Origin: an uncultured Opitutales bacterium | GTDB taxonomy: Bacteria > Verrucomicrobiota > Verrucomicrobiia > Opitutales > T3Sed10-336 | Direction: 5' to 3' | NCBI GenBank assembly: GCA_964544025.1 | Contig: CAZJCL010000001.1 | Coordinates: 1-41,097 of the forward strand | Length of the DNA: 41,097 nt | Shown here: piece by piece, positions 40,663 to 41,097 of the stretch | Numbering within the stretch: position 1 is the stretch's first letter | Layout of the letters: every line of letters starts with the position of its first letter | Position numbers and translations under genes: made by a program | The notes under the pieces: generated by a model | Told to the model about the DNA's origin: nothing | Seen by the model: the letters and a program-made list of their open reading frames with translations, nothing else | Databases searched by the model: none

Positions 40663-40705
40663 TTATGCCAAAGAATTTCCCGGATCTTTCCGGACCAATG
40701 TCGGC

Positions 40706-40740
40706 AATAACGGAAGGTTTCTGTCAAACCGCCGTTATTT
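40706..40740 (+). terminator. Candidate intrinsic terminator hairpin 44 nt after the giant-gene stop
   Basis: AATAACGG-aa-GGTTT-ctgtc-AAACC-g-CCGTTATT gives 13 paired bases in two stem segments with a 5-nt loop, ending in TTATTT. The stem is AT-rich and interrupted and the T-tract is short, so this is a weak call. Confidence 0.35.
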
Positions 40741-40842
40741 CCCGTATTCATACAAATTTTACTTGAATCCGGCGATTTTCCACCTTCTAACATTCCGTTG
40801 CTAATACTTTCCCCGATTTTCTCCGGGTACACCTGTCCTTCA
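40741..40842 (+). promoter_or_regulatory. AT-richer intergenic spacer, probable promoter/5'-UTR region for the downstream gene (no specific boxes called)
   Basis: Composition drops sharply relative to the flanking GC-rich coding DNA (ttcatacaaattttacttgaatcc...ctaatactttcc). Weak candidates are TTGAAT (40763-40768) with TAACAT (40788-40793) at 19-nt spacing, and TAATAC (40802-40807). No Shine-Dalgarno sequence lies before ATG 40843. Confidence 0.25.
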
Positions 40843-41097
40843 ATGTCCAATCTCTCCAAACAAACTTTCCGAGTGGAAGTTTTGGAATCCCGTATTTTGC
40901 TGTCCGCCACACCAGTGGACGGCGGAGCGGGAGGAGAGGACGCGTTCGCGCCCGAGATCGAAGAGGCGGCGATGCAGATCGAGGAACCGGCGGAGTATTG
41001 CGAAATCGCCGCCGACGAGCCGAAGGAGGACCTTTATTGCGGCGGGGCGGCCCTCGGTTTCGATACCGGGGATGATGTTCTCGGTCCGCAAGACGAG
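40843..41097 (+). CDS. 3'-partial gene encoding a protein with an LEPR-XLL-like N-terminal motif (probable second very large secreted/surface protein)
   Basis: From ATG 40843 the frame is open to the window edge (85 codons): MSNLSKQTFRVEVLESRILLSATPVDGGAGGEDAFAPEIEEAAMQIEEPAEYCEIAADEPKEDLYCGGAALGFDTGDDVLGPQDE. The F.VE.LE.R.LLSA motif is followed by an acidic low-complexity linker. Third positions return to G/C bias after the AT-rich spacer. The ORF track misses this gene because it has no stop in the window. Confidence 0.7.
   Translation, partial: MSNLSKQTFRVEVLESRILLSATPVDGGAGGEDAFAPEIEEAAMQIEEPAEYCEIAADEPKEDLYCGGAALGFDTGDDVLGPQDE

Noticed and set aside
40530-40910. Small ORFs around the gene junction: 40530-40910 (-), 40619-40804 (+) and 40840-41091 (-).
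   Set aside because: They overlap the end of the giant gene and/or the start of the downstream gene, span the AT-rich spacer, and have no motifs or coding-type composition. The + frame-1 ORF from ATG 40843 explains the region better.
1-41097. A search for mobile elements, integrase/transposase genes, tRNA/rRNA genes, DGR-type template/variable repeats, toxin-immunity pairs, and enzymatic motifs (HExxH etc.) within the giant protein.
   Set aside because: None was found by eye. No inverted terminal repeats, cloverleaf-like segments or non-coding islands exist other than 40663-40842. All HE dipeptides I found lack the second His of HExxH. This negative result is based on visual inspection only and should be confirmed with HMM/tRNA scanners.

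Overview
Almost the whole window (nt 1-40662, about 99%) is one uninterrupted + strand reading frame. It is a giant gene whose 5' end lies upstream of the window. Codons 1-14 (FELTNGTFTADIAG) already continue an internal repeat, so the TTG at nt 43 used by the ORF track is not the true start. At least 13,553 codons are visible, ending at TGA 40660-40662.

The product is a mosaic of repeat families with no catalytic domain that I can recognise. In order along the gene:
- 11 tandem units of 122-124 aa from an unnamed family (1-3900)
- about 7 degenerate beta-rich modules followed by a beta-solenoid-like stretch (3937-8990)
- about 2,300 aa of RTX-like GGxGxDxUx nonapeptides, organised into about 25 higher-order super-repeats (9181-16300)
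- at least 12 copies of an unnamed ~80-90 aa module with an NGxLxxDAxF ... DLVxDLNxAL signature, mixed with short RTX blocks and PPC-like beta-sandwiches (16500-23380)
- an FG-GAP / PA14 / 4x proprotein-convertase-type P-domain / FG-GAP cassette (23570-29550)
- three blocks of ELWxxDGT-type propeller repeats
- 10 tandem plus 2 dispersed copies of a second unnamed ~85 aa module with a TLTI ... GxTTAxDVxxAxN signature
- a C-terminal LRR - LamG - LRR - RTX - beta-helix tail

I found no cysteine in the supplied translation.

After the stop there is a ~180-nt AT-richer spacer containing an interrupted hairpin. A second + strand gene then starts at ATG 40843 and runs off the 3' edge. Its N-terminus carries an LESRILLSA motif, resembling the LEPR-XLL signature of very long secreted proteins, so two large surface-protein genes probably sit in tandem.

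I saw no tRNA/rRNA, CRISPR array, transposase or integrase. All other ORFs in the six-frame track are shadow ORFs of the giant gene. The long antisense ones are all in the codon-aligned antisense frame, which stays open because the sense codons TTA/CTA/TCA are almost absent.

The DNA is visibly GC-rich with G/C-dominated third positions. The domain repertoire and the lack of a Shine-Dalgarno sequence suggest a PVC-type (Verrucomicrobiota/Planctomycetota-like) source, but that is only an inference.
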